A stretch of 60,126 bases of DNA, filler included, from Squatina squatina (lineage: Eukaryota): NCBI GenBank assembly GCA_031763465.1. It is 4 parts of 4 records of this genome, joined end to end, with 100 filler letters (N's around TTAATTAATTAA, not from the genome) between each part and the next. Parts side by side here need not be neighbours in the genome. Positions count along the whole stretch, not along the records: positions 1 to 13,977 come from JARFOE010000001.1; positions 14,078 to 28,564 come from JARFOE010000016.1; 2 more parts are not named here. One strand, written 5' to 3'. The position numbers were made by a program, and so were the translations under genes. The notes under the pieces were generated by a model that worked only from the letters and a program-made list of their open reading frames with translations, was not told where the DNA came from and made no database searches. Positions 12,150 to 24,930 of the stretch are shown piece by piece. Position 1 is the stretch's first letter; every line of letters begins with the position of its first letter.

Positions 12150-12273
12150 GACCATAAGACCATAAGAAATAGGAGCAGGAGTAGGCCATTCGGCCTGTCG
12201 AGCCCACTCCGCCATTCAATTGGATCATGGCTGATCCGACATTTCTCAATTCCACCTCCCCGCCTTCTCCCCA
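12150..12273 (-). mobile_element. CR1-type LINE 3' end with microsatellite tail
   Basis: cataagaccataagaaataggagcaggagtaggccattcggcc... The same tail recurs at about 22660-22780, 40187-40258, 41823-41886 and 52300-52395. Confidence 0.8.
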
Positions 12274-12758
12274 NNNNNNNNNNNNNNNNNNNNNNNNNNN
12301 NNNNNNNNNNNNNNNNNNNNNNNNNNNNNNNNNNNNNNNNNNNNNNNNNNNNNNNNNNNNNNNNNNNNNNNNNCATTTGTTTTGTTAAATGTATAATGAC
12401 TTCTTACTGCATAATTAATTCAGTATTCTTTATTTGGTAACATCTTGTATTTCAGTTATGGATCTTCAGTGTGGTAATTTTTTATTTAAAGTTAAATGTT
12501 AATGCTGTTTTTTTTCTTTGTAGCTCAGTAGTGAAAACTACAAATGATAACCAAACAACATCAAGCAAGCTGTAGTATATTTTGGTTTGACTGGGTTAAA
12601 TGTGTCAGACTTGATAAAACCAAGTCTGATGTCACTAGATCTGCTGCAGTAAAATGCTTTCCAGTGCAGCACCTTGAAGTATTGGCCAGTGTGTGTTATA
12701 ATCTTGTGTGAAACTTTGAACTTCTTTCCTGTCCTAAAACATTTGTACTCTCTCCTAG

Positions 12759-13020
12759 GTGGAGAAACGGAGGTATAAACATCATTGTAGCAGAAGAGCA
12801 TGTCAAGAGGAAATGTTAAATCTGAAAACATCTTTGTTTCCCTTTTGGGACTTTTTTTGTACCACATTAAATCTGAAATCAACATCTTTTGTGTCCCAAA
12901 TGTATATAGCATCTAAACATTTTTTATGTTGTAGTTACTTTGCTTTGTACAACTTGAGAAACGCATTCCTTTAACTTCTGTGTACTGTGATAGTATATAA
13001 TAAAGTTGCTACTAACTGGT
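12759..13020 (+). other. HNRNPDL: HNRNPDL terminal non-coding (3' UTR) exon with polyA signal
   Basis: ctctcctag acceptor at 12757-12758. TGTGTCCCAAATGTATATAGC resembles a block I recall from the mammalian HNRNPDL 3' UTR. AATAAA at 12999-13004, with a second at 13083-13088. Confidence 0.65.
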
Positions 13021-13289
13021 GTGATGCAGCACTTGTTTGTTAGCGTACCCTGTTGTATGTGATGCATTGCATCTGTTGCTGAAATAAAATTGAGTATGAA
13101 TGCTCAAATGTTAATTGTGGTTTTGTACATGGCTGTGGATTTCTGATTTTNNNNNNNNNNNNNNNNNNNNNNNNNNNNNNNNNNNNNNNNNNNNNNNNNN
13201 NNNNNNNNNNNNNNNNNNNNNNNNNNNNNNNNNNNNNNNNNNNNNNNNNNTAAGATTGCGCTGCATTTAACGCCAGAGTGAGGGACACA

Positions 13290-13815
13290 TTATGACGCTA
13301 ATGCCTGACTCGGCACCATAGAGTCCTCACCTCCTGCGCATGACGTCATAATGCCCACTTTATTCCTCCTCCTGTTGCTTCCGGCGGCGCGGTTCCCTCT
13401 TGCCCACAGGGCCGGCTGAATGGGCTCTCTTTGGTAACATTCCAGTCGCCTCACCCCCCTCCCCCACCGAGGCGCCGGCGCCGGCTCTTCCCAAGCTCCG
13501 ATTGGTTGCCGCCCGAGCTCACGTGGTCGGCATTGGGCCTTGGTCCCGGCCGCGGCGGCCATTTTGTGAGGACGCCATTATTTAAAGAGAAGAGCGTGCG
13601 CGGCAGCTCTCCCTCCAGCGGTGTGTGTAGGCGCGGGCAGAGAAACTTCACTCACCACCGGGTTTTTTTTAAAAACAGCAACGTACATTTTAAGGCCCGG
13701 AGGTGGTACCGCGCGCGGGGCTCGACTACTCGGTGAGTCCGGTGTCGGCTGTGTGTTTTTTCCCTTTTGATCAGGGCGGCGGCGGGCGGTGCAGCGGGTT
13801 CCCGGGTGCGGAGTG
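13290..13815 (+). promoter_or_regulatory. CpG-island promoter and 5' UTR, probably of HNRNPD
   Basis: CRE TGACGTCA at 13341-13348, ETS CTTCCGG at 13378-13384, inverted CCAAT boxes at 13501 and 13532, E-box CACGTG at 13520-13525, YY1 CGGCCATTTT at 13556-13565. High CpG density. Confidence 0.8.
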
Positions 13816-13977
13816 ATGTCGGAGGCGGTGCAGTTCTCCGCGGTGGAGGCCGAGGCTGCCGAGCAAGGCCTAGAAGAGATGGCGGCAGCTGCTGAGACGG
13901 GGGCGGCGGCTGGCATAACCGATCCAGCTTTGGAGGCCAAACCGACCGACGGGGGCGACGGGTCGGTGGCAGTCACC
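13816..13977 (+). CDS. HNRNPD: Probable hnRNP D0 (AUF1) first coding exon (truncated)
   Basis: ATG TCG GAG: MSEAVQFSAVEAEAAEQGLEEMAAAAETGAAAG..., an Ala-rich N-terminus like human MSEEQFG. Lies tandem downstream of HNRNPDL, as in other vertebrates. No RRM is visible to confirm the paralogue. Confidence 0.7.
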
Positions 13978-14077
13978 NNNNNNNNNNNNNNNNNNNNNNN
14001 NNNNNNNNNNNNNNNNNNNNNTTAATTAATTAANNNNNNNNNNNNNNNNNNNNNNNNNNNNNNNNNNNNNNNNNNNN
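13978..14077. other. Artificial scaffold linker
   Basis: N44-TTAATTAATTAA-N44, giving stops in all six frames. Confidence 0.97.
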
Positions 14078-15470
14078 CCATCAATGATCATAATGACCCT
14101 AAACTTCATCAATGAACATAGTGACCCCAAACACCATCATTGGTCATAGTGACCTCAAACACCATTAATGATCATAGTGACTCCAAACATCATAATCAGT
14201 GATCGGAGTGACACGAATCACAGTCAATAAAGATCCTCGCCCCAAATATCAGCCATGATCATAGTGCCCCCAAACTCCATCATCAATGATCGTAGTGCCC
14301 CCAAACTCCATCATTAATGATAATAGTGACCCCAAACACCTTCAATGATCAAAGTGAACCCAAACACAATCTGCAATTAATATAATGACCCCAAACATCA
14401 TCAATGATCACAGCGACCCCAAACATCATCAATGGTAATAGTGACCCCAACACCATCAATGATCATAGCGACCCCAAACACCATCAGTGATCAGAGTGAC
14501 TCCAAAAACCATCAATGATCACAGTGACCCCAAACACCATCAATATTCATCGTAACCCAAACACCATCAATGATCATAGTGATGTCAAACACCATCATCA
14601 ATGATCATAGTGACCCGAAACACCATCAATGAGCATAGTGACCCCAAATCCATCAATGAACAGAGTGACCCCAAATCCATCAATGTACATAGTGGCCCCA
14701 AACTTCATCAAAGCTCATAGTGACCTCCAAACAACATCAATTGTCGTAGTGACCCCAAACTCCATCAATGATAATAGTGACCCCAAACACCATCAATTAT
14801 CATAGTGACCCCAAATACCATCAATGATCAAAATGACCCCAAACATCATCAATGATCATAGTGACCCCAAACATCATCAATGATCATAGTGACCCCAAAC
14901 ATCATCAATGATCATACTGACCCCAAACAACATCAATGATCATAGTGACCCCAAAGATCATCAATGATCACAGTGACAACAATCATCATCAACGATCAGA
15001 GTGAACCCAAACACCATCAATGATCATTGTGACCCCAAAATCCATCAATGATCATTCTGACCCCGAACAGCATCGATGATCGTACTGACCCCAAACACCA
15101 TCAATGATCATAGTGACCCCAAACACCATCAATGATCATAGTGACCCCAAACACCATCAACGATCACAGTGAGCCCAAACACCATCAATGATCATTCTGA
15201 TCCCAAACAGCATCAATGATCACAGTGAGAACAAACACCATCAAAGATCATAGTAACCCGAAACATCATCAATTTTCGCAATGACCCAAAACACTGGCGA
15301 TGATGATAGTGACCCCAAAAGCCATCAATGATCATAGTGACCCCAAACACCATCAATTATCATAGTGACACCAAATACCATCATTGATCATAGTGACACC
15401 AAACACCATCAATGATCATAATGACGCTAAACTTCATCAATGATCATAGTGACCCCCAACACCATCAATG
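14078..15470. repeat. 28-bp tandem satellite/minisatellite, roughly 50 diverged copies
   Basis: Consensus CACCATCAATGATCATAGTGACCCCAAA, head to tail with no spacers. Confidence 0.95.
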
Positions 15471-17393
15471 AAATTCCTGAATCCCTTGGCTAAAAAAGTT
15501 GGATTTGCAAAATCTTATCAACCAGTATCTAACAAAATCAAAGCTGGCAGATAATCCTTGCAGATGTAGTGGTGGAATATATATTTTGAGCCATAATAAA
15601 AAATTGATAGAAACAGAGGACCATTTTGCTTTTAAAAATAGCTGTACACTTGAAGATATATACTAAATGGATATGCATTGACAGATATGCACTCAAGTGG
15701 AGTAACTGAAGATGATTGTATGCAGAACATATGACATTTGATCATGATGTTCTGTTCAACATTCAAGCAGCCAAATCTGATTAGAGAATCAATTCTTTGC
15801 ATGCTCATTGCTAATATAAACTCCAGGGATTTAATTTGACAGAACTATGCTCATTTGTTTAAAGCATTATTAAACAATTAAGGTGTCATCCATTGGGAAG
15901 CTATTTTCGGAACATCAAAATTAAGTTGACATATGTTGTTTTTCTGGATGACATTTAAAAATTACATGTTCACCTGTACCTGCTATGTATCAAGTTATTA
16001 AATCCATATGCTACTAAATGTCCTTAAAAAAAGTCCTTTACTTAACTCAAACTTGCACATATACCTGGAGGGAGTGATTTAGAACAAATCATTTGATTTA
16101 CAGAACACATTTTAATTAGCGATGAGATGTGATGTGAACTGGAAGTGATCTGAATTAGATCTTTTCAATTTAATTCATCAATACTCAAATTTGACCTTAA
16201 TTGGGCAATTCAGATTTGTTTGTCACTTTAATGATGCTGAAATGCAGAGAGAAATCAAACACAGTTTTGAGTATTGTGCTATTTGTTTTGTTACCATAAT
16301 GGTTAGGCTAAATTTCTCATTCATCTTCAAAAGCTTTGGTTATGAATTTTAAATCATTTTGAATTGAGTTAATAGATCACTGGGTGCAGTATTACCATAA
16401 ATCTATCTACCTGTCCCTCCCAAATTAATGTATATGAGCAATGCACAATTTTAAGGCCACTTATTCCCTCCAGGGATTGGATGGTGCATGATTATTACAG
16501 GACTACTAAAGTAACAGCAATTTGGATGCAGATTTATTCGGAATTATTTGCACCCCATCCCCATAGACACCAGACAATGGGTATGATGTTTTAAATTCTA
16601 TTAAAAAAAACTCTACTTTTTTTTACTGTGGCTTCTAACACAGATAACACTCATTTGTCCCTTGCCTTCACAGTGGGGAAATATAGCAAGCTATATAGAA
16701 CGGCAGTTCTTATCCACAGACATATTTGATGCATCTGCACTCCTCTCTGGAAAGTTGTGTGTCCTTGCTGTGGTATGATTTCATGAATGTTCATCACCCT
16801 CTTTCACTTCACCCAAATGGTCTCTATTTGTGTGTGAGCCTTGATGGTATGTTGGTAGCTTATTCAATTGAGCCAAACAGAGCTGAGTCTGATCTTGTCT
16901 TCGTCTGCTCACTTCCATCACTGGTCCTTAGATAGTGATCAGGAACAAGAAACCCTAGCCAATTTTCTTCTCCCTGACTCAGAGATCCAACCAATGACGG
17001 TCTGAATTGAGAATGTATTGTGGTGAAATTTTCTATCCTTTGTGAATGCCAGAATTTTTTTCCTATCTCCGTTAGCAGCAAGTAGCAAGAGATCTCAAAC
17101 ACCTCGGGGACTAAATTCAATAGCCCCCAAAAATGGGCGTGGGTATCACGATGCGCGATTAGCCCACGCCCGTTGAGTCCAATGCAGACAGCATGCTAAC
17201 TTCATGCTGCCTGCCACTTAAAATGATTGCAGCTGTGAGGAAAGCGCTAAACATGCTTCAAAAGGGGGCCCAAGTTCGTGTGAGGCTCGCACNNNNNNNN
17301 NNNNNNNNNNNNNNNNNNNNNNNNNNNNNNNNNNNNNNNNNNNNNNNNNNNNNNNNNNNNNNNNNNNNNNNNNNNNNNNNNNNNNNNNNNNNA

Positions 17394-17640
17394 AGAGCAA
17401 GGGCAGCAGGTGCATGGGAACACCACCACCTGAATGTTCCCCTCCAAGCCAAACACCATCCTGACTTGAAATTTATCACCCTTCCTTCATCATCCCTAGG
17501 TCAAAGTCCTGGAACTCACTATCTAACAGCATTGTGAGAGTACCTTCAACACACAAACCGCAGTGGTTGTCAAGGGCAATTAGTATGGGCAATAAATGCT
17601 GGCCGTGCCAGCGATGCCACAATGAATAAATAAAAAATAA
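17394..17640 (+). mobile_element. Non-LTR retrotransposon 3' end
   Basis: Ends gggcaataaatgctggcc...gccagcgatgcc. Related copies lie at 19917-20360 (-), about 27240 and 38290-38360 (-). Confidence 0.7.
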
Positions 17641-18479
17641 AAATGCCACAACCCAAGAAAGCCTGNNNNNNNNNNAGCCTGGAAACTTTATGGAATGCAA
17701 TAAAAACATTTTATATTAAAAAAAGATTCTGTCCCTCAAAAAGTCCACGGTACTTGATTATTGAAAACTATTTTCCACTGACATATTTTATTATTTCTTG
17801 TAAGTGAAACAGTAGACAGACTATAAGATCACATGATATTCCCTTTTCTCAACAAAACAGATTATAGGCTTGGTGATGCATATGTGACACTGCAGATTTT
17901 CTTTACAGAGGCTCCATCCATGCTGTGCTGGTTTTCTTTTCAATCTTAGCTCTTGTATTCTAACACAGTAGTTGAGTAGCAGAGGTCAAAATGTGATGCG
18001 CTGGTTTATTATTTCTTCTTTTCAATCACAATTCTATCACCTTTTGGGACCTAAAGTGAAGCAACATGAAAAAACATGCACACGTTATAAGGAAAAATAA
18101 CATGGAAATGAAGCCATTATCCTACTACTATATAAATTCAAAGAAAATCTTGTCAAACGGATTTATATTAAGCAGTTCTTTTATCTAAAAAAAATATATT
18201 GAGTGAAATGTAATCATTGAGTAGAACTGAAAAAAATTCACAGGGATGTAAAGACCAGTTAAAACATAAAATTTTAAATAGGCTAATATGTTTTGCTGAA
18301 GTAAAATACATAGTGACGGGGAAGAAATTGATAACGGTAAGCATTTTAGTGAAAAGTTGATTGAAATTTGCAAATANNNNNNNNNNNNNNNNNNNNNNNN
18401 NNNNNNNNNNNNNNNNNNNNNNNNNNNNNNNNNNNNNNNNNNNNNNNNNNNNNNNNNNNNNNNNNNNNNNNNNNNNGAG

Positions 18480-19020
18480 GAACGGAGATGATGGAAATTG
18501 TAGAACTGGAGGAGGCTACAGCATTAAAGTGGGGTGAAGCCATGGAGGGATTTAAACAAATTGATGAGAATTTTAAATCTGAGGCAATGGGGGTCCAGGA
18601 GCTTATTTAGGTCAGTGAGGACAGGGCTGGTGGGTGAATGGGATTGGTGTAAGATAGAATGCAGGTACCAGAGTCTTGAATGAACTGTAATTTAGAGAAT
18701 GTAGAATTGTACACTGGCCAGGAGAGTATTAGAAAAGTAGAGTCTGGAGGTGGCAAAGACATGGATGAGAGGTTCAGCGGCAAATGTGCTGAGGTAGAGC
18801 GTGGAGATGGTCGCTGTTACAGATATGGAGATAGGCATTTCTTCGTAATGAGATAATATGGAATTGGAGCTCAATTTATGAATGAATAGGATGCTGCAAT
18901 TCTGGACAGCAATGAAGAGGCATTGGAGGAAAATTGTGTGATTGACTACATCAAAGGTTGCAGAGGGGTCGAGGAGGACAAGGGGCATAATACACTATGG
19001 TCACATTCACAGAGAATAGA
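18480..19020 (-). mobile_element. L2-clade LINE reverse transcriptase remnant
   Basis: LVLLDPSATFDVVNHTIFL (compare LDLSAAFDTVDH) and AEPLIHVFATSRLYFSNTLLA (compare LIHAFVTSRLDYxN). Confidence 0.8.
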
Positions 19021-19720
19021 GAAAATGATTGGTAGAAGAAAATTTCATTCCAATTCAGAAGGTATATATTGTTAGTTATATTGCTCTTGGTTCCAATACT
19101 AGTGTTACCACTACCGTTTGTCTAATATGGAAGGAGAGAATATGCAGCTAGGTGGAGAAGGCCCTTTAAAAATTTCTCTACGGATATTCTGTATAATTTG
19201 CTTGGCAGAAGATGTTCATATTGACAGCTACTTAGCCAATCCATTTAAAACTGCATCTGCAATTAGCTGTGTTTTTAATTGGTTCTGGTCATGTATTGAT
19301 TCCCTATCCTTAGGTTCTTCTTTCTTAATTAAATAAGGTCACATTTTAAGATGCAAGATAATCATTTGCATGTTACACAACTCAAAACATAAAAGGATCC
19401 ATTGTTCAATTCACTATTTTAACACAAAATATGATAAATCATCAGAGGTTTGGATTCTTCAAAAACGCCGGTCATGGGTCATCTCTCACCCACTGGGTGA
19501 CAGATTGTGACACCAAACAGTATCTCATACAAACAGAAAGCAAGGAAATTGCACAATGGCATCTTCTGCTGAATAGTTCAATAATTGTATTAACACAAGT
19601 TCGGCATTCGATTCGGCACACATATGTAGAACACAGAAGTTGTACGCCATTCATGTGGATGATGTATGTAATTGGTTTACTTAATGCTTGATAAATACTT
19701 ATTTGTTTCTGTCTTCACAG

Positions 19721-19810
19721 GAGACAAAGAAGATAAAGTACTAGAGATTTGAAGAAAACTAAAACTAAATCAAGGGGAAGAACTGACTAGATTTAATGAG
19801 TAAAGAAAAG
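19721..19810 (+). other. Candidate upstream exon of the ninjurin-like gene
   Basis: Strong acceptor (tttctgtcttcacag) and donor (AAG|GTAATG), with ATG at 19796. The phase does not join directly to the 22814 exon, so the link is unproven. Confidence 0.3.
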
Positions 19811-19916
19811 GTAATGNNNNNNNNNNNNNNNNNNNNNNNNNNNNNNNNNNNNNNNNNNNNNNNNNNNNNNNNNNNNNNNNNNNNNNNNNNNNNNNNNNNN
19901 NNNNNNNNNNNNNNNN

Positions 19917-20360
19917 ATCGTTGGTACTGCCAGAATTTCTTGCCTGTCCCTATGGTGGTGGGCTGCCTTCTTGAGTCGCTACATTCATTGTGGCGATGGT
20001 ACTCCCTTGTGGTGAAGGTATTGGGTAGGGAATTCCAGGATTCTGGCCTTGTGATGATGAAGGAATTGTGATATATGACCAAGCTAGGATGGTGTGAGAT
20101 TTGGAGTGGAGCTTGGAGGTGGTGGTGTTCCCACAGCATTGCTGCTCTTGGTCTTCTTGAAGGTAGAGGTGGCAGAGGAGGGAGGTGCTGTCGAAGTAAC
20201 CTTTGTGAGGTGCTGCGGTGTATCCTACAGATTGTGCACACTGTGGACATGGTGCACCGGTGGAGGGAGTGGATATTGAGTCCTGCTCTTTTAGCCATGG
20301 TATTGATGTGGCTGGTCCAGTTCAGCGTCTGGTCAGTGGTGACCCCCAGGATGATGAGAA
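19917..20360 (-). mobile_element. Non-LTR retrotransposon ORF2 end and 3' UTR fragment
   Basis: ILGVTTDQTLNWTSHINTMAKRAG and SWNSLP motifs; same family as 17394-17640. Confidence 0.8.
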
Positions 20361-20580
20361 GCACTGGACCACCCATAGAACTGTACTCTAGAATGAGCCA
20401 CAGCCATCAGGACAGGAAGAGAGCAAACTGAATGGAATCTTTCTACAGTGAAATAATTGGAGCAAAGTTAAGACAGAGTACGAACTGTAGGGAGAACCCT
20501 TGCCATCCAGTTCAATCCTTGAGTGAAAAAATAAGTGAGTTATATATCTCAGTATTTTTCTCTTTATCGTTGATATTTAT

Positions 20581-20726
20581 CTCATTGCTGTTTGTGTGAA
20601 AGTTGGCTACCACATTTTCCTACATTGCAACAGTGATCGCACTCCAAAGGTACTTCATTGGCTGTGAGCACTTTGGGACGTCCTGCGGCCGTGGAAGGTG
20701 CTATATAAATGCAGGATCTTTCTTTG
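20581..20726 (+). mobile_element. Deu-SINE / L2-derived 3' tail
   Basis: cctacattgcaacagtga...ttcattggctgtgagcactttgggacgtcctg...gtgctatataaatgcag-tcttt. Confidence 0.65.
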
Positions 20727-20899
20727 TTATGTTAAAGCCTGTTTTTGTCCAAACATTTGTGTTACAAAGCAGTGATCACATTTTGTGGAACAGGCTCTGA
20801 CAGGGTAAAATTCCTATCTGTAAATTAGTCAGTGTGAGCATGGGATGCCTATTTTGTAGTCACTCCAGCATTATTGCTAAGTTGGGAGCGGGGTTAAAC

Positions 20900-22290
20900 T
20901 AATTTGACAGGGGAGAAGCATTAGAGAGGAGAAACAAGGTGCACAGAATACTGGGATAGGCAAATAGCACTAGAGCAAAGATAGTTCAGAAATAGGAGGG
21001 ATCAGACAGGGAGAAAATGTGAGGCAGTCTAAGCTGAGTTCGGAGTGCATGTGCACAAATGCATGTAGCACGGTAAAAAGCTTAGTGAGCTGCAAGCACA
21101 AGTTGCCACATGGGACTATGATGCAACGGCAATAACAGACACCTGGCTCAAAGAAGGGGAGGATTAGGAGCTTAATCTTCCTGGCTACAAGGCACTTAGC
21201 AAAGATAGCGAAGGGAAGGTTGGGGAGAGGGGGGAAGGGGGCATGGCCAATGTTCTCGCTAAGGTGTGCTTGCGGCCATGCAGTAATCTGAAAGTTCCCG
21301 TGCAGGCCGCTCACTGGCTTTTACTTTGTAAATACAGCACATGCGCAGACATTTAATGGTAGCGCACATTTAAAGAAACAGGCCAAGCAGAACAAAGCGC
21401 AGCTTACAGGAAACATTGGGGTGACAGTATAGATCAAAGAAACTGTGATAGCACTGGACAGGAATAATGTGTTGAGGGGTCAAAGACAGAATTTATTTGG
21501 TTAGAGTTAAGGAATAATAGAGGAGCTATTATGCTGCTGGGTGTATACTTATAGACCACCAAATAGTGGGAAGGAGAAAGAGGAGTAAATTTGCAGGCAA
21601 AATACAGAAAGATGCAAGAACTATAGAATAGTGATAATGGGGGACTTCAATTATTTCAATTTTGACTGGAATAGTAACAGTTTAAAGGGCAAAGAGGGGG
21701 AGGAATTCCTGAAAGTGTATAAGAGAACTTTCCTGATCAGTGTGTTTCTATCCCAACGAGGAAGGAACAGTGCTGGATCTGGTTCTGGGGAATGAAGTGG
21801 GGCAAGTGGAGCATGTTCCAGGGGGAGCATTTGGGAAATAGTGATCACAATATTATTAGGTTTAGAATAGTTATGGAAATGGTAAGGGAACAATCAAACA
21901 TAAAAACACTTAACTGAAGGAGGGCTAATTTTAGCATGTTAAAAAGGGATCTTGCTTAGGTGGATTGGAATCAAAAATTGGCATGTGAAACAGTAATTGA
22001 TCAATGGGAGGCCTTCAAGGAGGAGATGTTTTGGGTACAGAACAGACACTTTCCCACATGGGGGGAAAGGAAAGGCATCCAAAGCCAGAGCTACCTGGAT
22101 GACTAAAGAGATGGAGATTAAAATGAAACAGAAAAAGGAGGTTTATGATCAATGTCAGGTTTGTAATACAGGAGAGAATCGAGCTGAATACAGAAAGTAC
22201 CGAGGCAAACTGGAAAAGGAAATAAGGACAAAGAGAGTGCGTGAGAAAAGAGTAGCATAAGAGGGAACACTAAAGTATTTTATAAACACA
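20900..22290 (+). mobile_element. CR1 LINE ORF2 5' part (APE endonuclease), degenerate
   Basis: Motif remnants in order: NA-x-S, AITDTWL, YRPPNSG, VIMGDFNY, LDLVLGNE, EHLGNSDHN, WMTKE. Confidence 0.88.
21248..21418. mobile_element. About 170-bp MITE (hAT-like TIRs) nested in the CR1 element
   Basis: Imperfect TIRs CAATGTTCTCGCTAAG ... CTTACAGGAAACATTG. Flanking 8-mers ggcatggc and ggggtgac match at 5/8. A related end lies at about 28262-28354. Confidence 0.65.
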
Positions 22291-22813
22291 TAAAGAGTAA
22301 AGTACATAGAATTACGTTACATAAAATCTTACAGCACAGAAACAGGGCATTTGGCCCAAAGGTCTATGCTGGTGCTCCATACGAGCCTCCTCCTCCCTTA
22401 CTCCACCGAGTGAAAGTGTCGTCAAAGGAAGGCTGGGGCTGATTCGGGACCAAAAAGGAGTTCTTCATAGAATCATAGAAACTTACAGCACAAAAAGAGG
22501 CCATTCGGCACATCGTGCTTGTGCTGCCTCTTTTGAAAGAGCAGCGCTGCTAAGTNNNNNNNNNNNNNNNNNNNNNNNNNNNNNNNNNNNNNNNNNNNNN
22601 NNNNNNNNNNNNNNNNNNNNNNNNNNNNNNNNNNNNNNNNNNNNNNNNNNNNNNNAATGGCGGAGCAGGCTTGAAGGGCCGTATGGCCTATTCCTGCTCC
22701 TATTTTCTATGTTTTGTTCAAATTTATGAATGGCAGAACAGGCTCGAGGGGCTGGATGGTTTACTCCTGTTCCTATGTTCCTCAGAAAACAACCATTTAT
22801 TTATTTTCCACAG

Positions 22814-22877
22814 GCCAGAAAAAAAACATCCCTTTATTTATTCAAATTTGGATGCAGAGACAGAGACTAACGAGGAG
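22814..22877 (+). CDS. Ninjurin-like gene, probable N-terminal exon (64 nt)
   Basis: ttttccacag acceptor and GAG|GTAAAA donor. PEKKHPFIYSNLDAETETNEE ends in phase 0, in frame with the 25832 exon. Confidence 0.5.
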
Positions 22878-24201
22878 GTAAAAAGTAAGAAACTTGCTTC
22901 AAAGTTAAAAGTTGATAGCATAAACAGTATAAGAGCAAAATAACTAAGGGATTGCAGTGCTTGGAGGTGTAAGCTGTGAAATTTGGAACCTGTGATTTTT
23001 TTATTTCTGACAGGAGTCCAATTTTAATTATTTCTTTTCCAGCCAGAGAACCGGGGGCAAAAAGGTCTAAATAAATTGTAAAACTTGCCTGTACAGTTAA
23101 AAGTTAAGAAGAAATACCTGTAAATTTGGTGCTCTGGAGACTAAACTAGGAAAACAGCCATTTATTTTTGTCACAAAGAGTGAATACGTTAGCACCACTG
23201 ATGGAGGAAATGTATAATGCGGGCATTACTTCTGAATATGTAAATTCAACCCATTGTGGTATTGNNNNNNNNNNNNNNNNNNNNNNNNNNNNNNNNNNNN
23301 NNNNNNNNNNNNNNNNNNNNNNNNNNNNNNNNNNNNNNNNNNNNNNNNNNNNNNNNNNNNNNNNGGCTTCCGCGCCAGGCGCAGGAAGTCCCGCCTCACC
23401 AAGGTTAACGCCCCCAAACAGGGTGATACGCACTTTCGCCCCCATGATATCTTCCCTGCTCTTGGAATAGATCAGGTTCCCTCGCCAAGTTTAATATAAT
23501 TATAATTATAATGATCAATATTCAAAAGGATAGCACCTTCACGAAAAAGCTATTAACCAAACTTTAAATTGCTTGGGAAGGAATATGAGACAAAAGTATC
23601 TGTCACTGTTATCATTGTGTAAATGGTCCACAGGTCAACATGATACTACAATTGGACACATTTAAATATTGTTGTGTTCTGTGTTTGTGAAGGAATGGAG
23701 ATAGGTTTGACAAATAAATTAATAATTGATGTGGTATTCATCATGGCTAATAATTATGTAACTAACAAGTAATTACATCCAGGGTAATGCAAAGGACACA
23801 AAAAAAATGTAAGAGGCAGCTAAAAGCTTTCAACAGCTCACATGAGTCAGCAACTCTGGAGCTTTCATTCAATGTAATTGTAAAAGAGAAACGCCACACC
23901 ACGGTGTATAACGAGAGTACCAGAATTACAGCACATTCATATTTTGCATTTACTGCCACTGATACAGTGAATGTTAACCATGGCTTAAATTTCCTGAAAC
24001 AGACACGAGCCATAAAGCATACTGCTTTCACTACTGTTAGCAACAGCTTATGAAAATTCCAGAAGGATTTGGAAATTGATTGTGCATCCATAAAACCTCA
24101 TNNNNNNNNNNNNNNNNNNNNNNNNNNNNNNNNNNNNNNNNNNNNNNNNNNNNNNNNNNNNNNNNNNNNNNNNNNNNNNNNNNNNNNNNNNNNNNNNNNN
24201 N

Positions 24202-24930
24202 TCTGGTGGAGAGGGTGATGGCCCCAGGGGAGTCCTGCACTACCTGCCTTCTTCCACTGTGCCTGGCAGTCACTTATTTCCATCCTGTCTGTGCAGTCTT
24301 TACCTCTGGTGTGACCGCATCACTAAACGTGTTATCCAAGTACATCTCAGCATCGTGGATACTCCACAATGAATCCATCCACAGCTCTAGCGCCGCAATG
24401 CGGTCTGCCAGTAGCTACAGCTGGATACATTTCCTGCACAGGTGGTCACTAGGGACACTGGGATTTCCCACATAGCGCAGGAGGAGCATGCCATGAGGCC
24501 AACCTTTCCTGCAATGACTTACCCTTAGATTAAGCTCCTCAGTTACTGCCTTTAATTAAGAGTGCTAATTACACTAGGGACCTTATTCCACTCCAAACAC
24601 TACTTACTACAATCTAAAGACCCTACCTTTACTTTTACTTAAGCTAACGAAGTTAGTAAAAAATGGTAGATATACCCACCTGTTCCCACTTACCAATCAG
24701 CTGCCTCCCCTTGCACCGCATCACTTTCTAAACTGTGACGTCAGTCCTGGAATTCATTCGCTGTCCCCTGTCTGGTCCTGCCGCCGCCGCTGCCGTTTGC
24801 CCCCTCGCAGGTCCGCTGCTCTCAGTGGAGTGCTGGGCCTCTCCTCTCCTATATGCCTCACTCTGTCGCTGCTGCTGCCACTGCCGCCGCTTGCCCCCTC
24901 ACAAGTCCGCTGCTCTCTGTCTGGTTAAAA
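24202..24930 (-). mobile_element. CR1 LINE 5' UTR and ORF1 fragment
   Basis: The minus strand gives CSSCAMWE...DHLCRKCIQL..LADRIAALEL...VTARHSGRRQVVQDSPGAITLS, typical of the CR1 ORF1 zinc finger and coiled coil. GC-rich tandem units at 24780-24920. Confidence 0.8.

Noticed and set aside
14022-14033. TTAATTAATTAA as a piggyBac target site or regulatory motif
   Set aside because: It occurs three times, each centred in identical N padding, so it is a synthetic linker.
14078-15470. CRISPR array (28-bp, partly palindromic repeats)
   Set aside because: Units are head to tail with no unique spacers, there are no cas genes, and the context is vertebrate.
20432-20534. Extra ninjurin exon (ATG GAA TCT... 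ending A|GTGAGT)
   Set aside because: The open frame ends in phase 1 while the next exon needs phase 2, and it has no family similarity.
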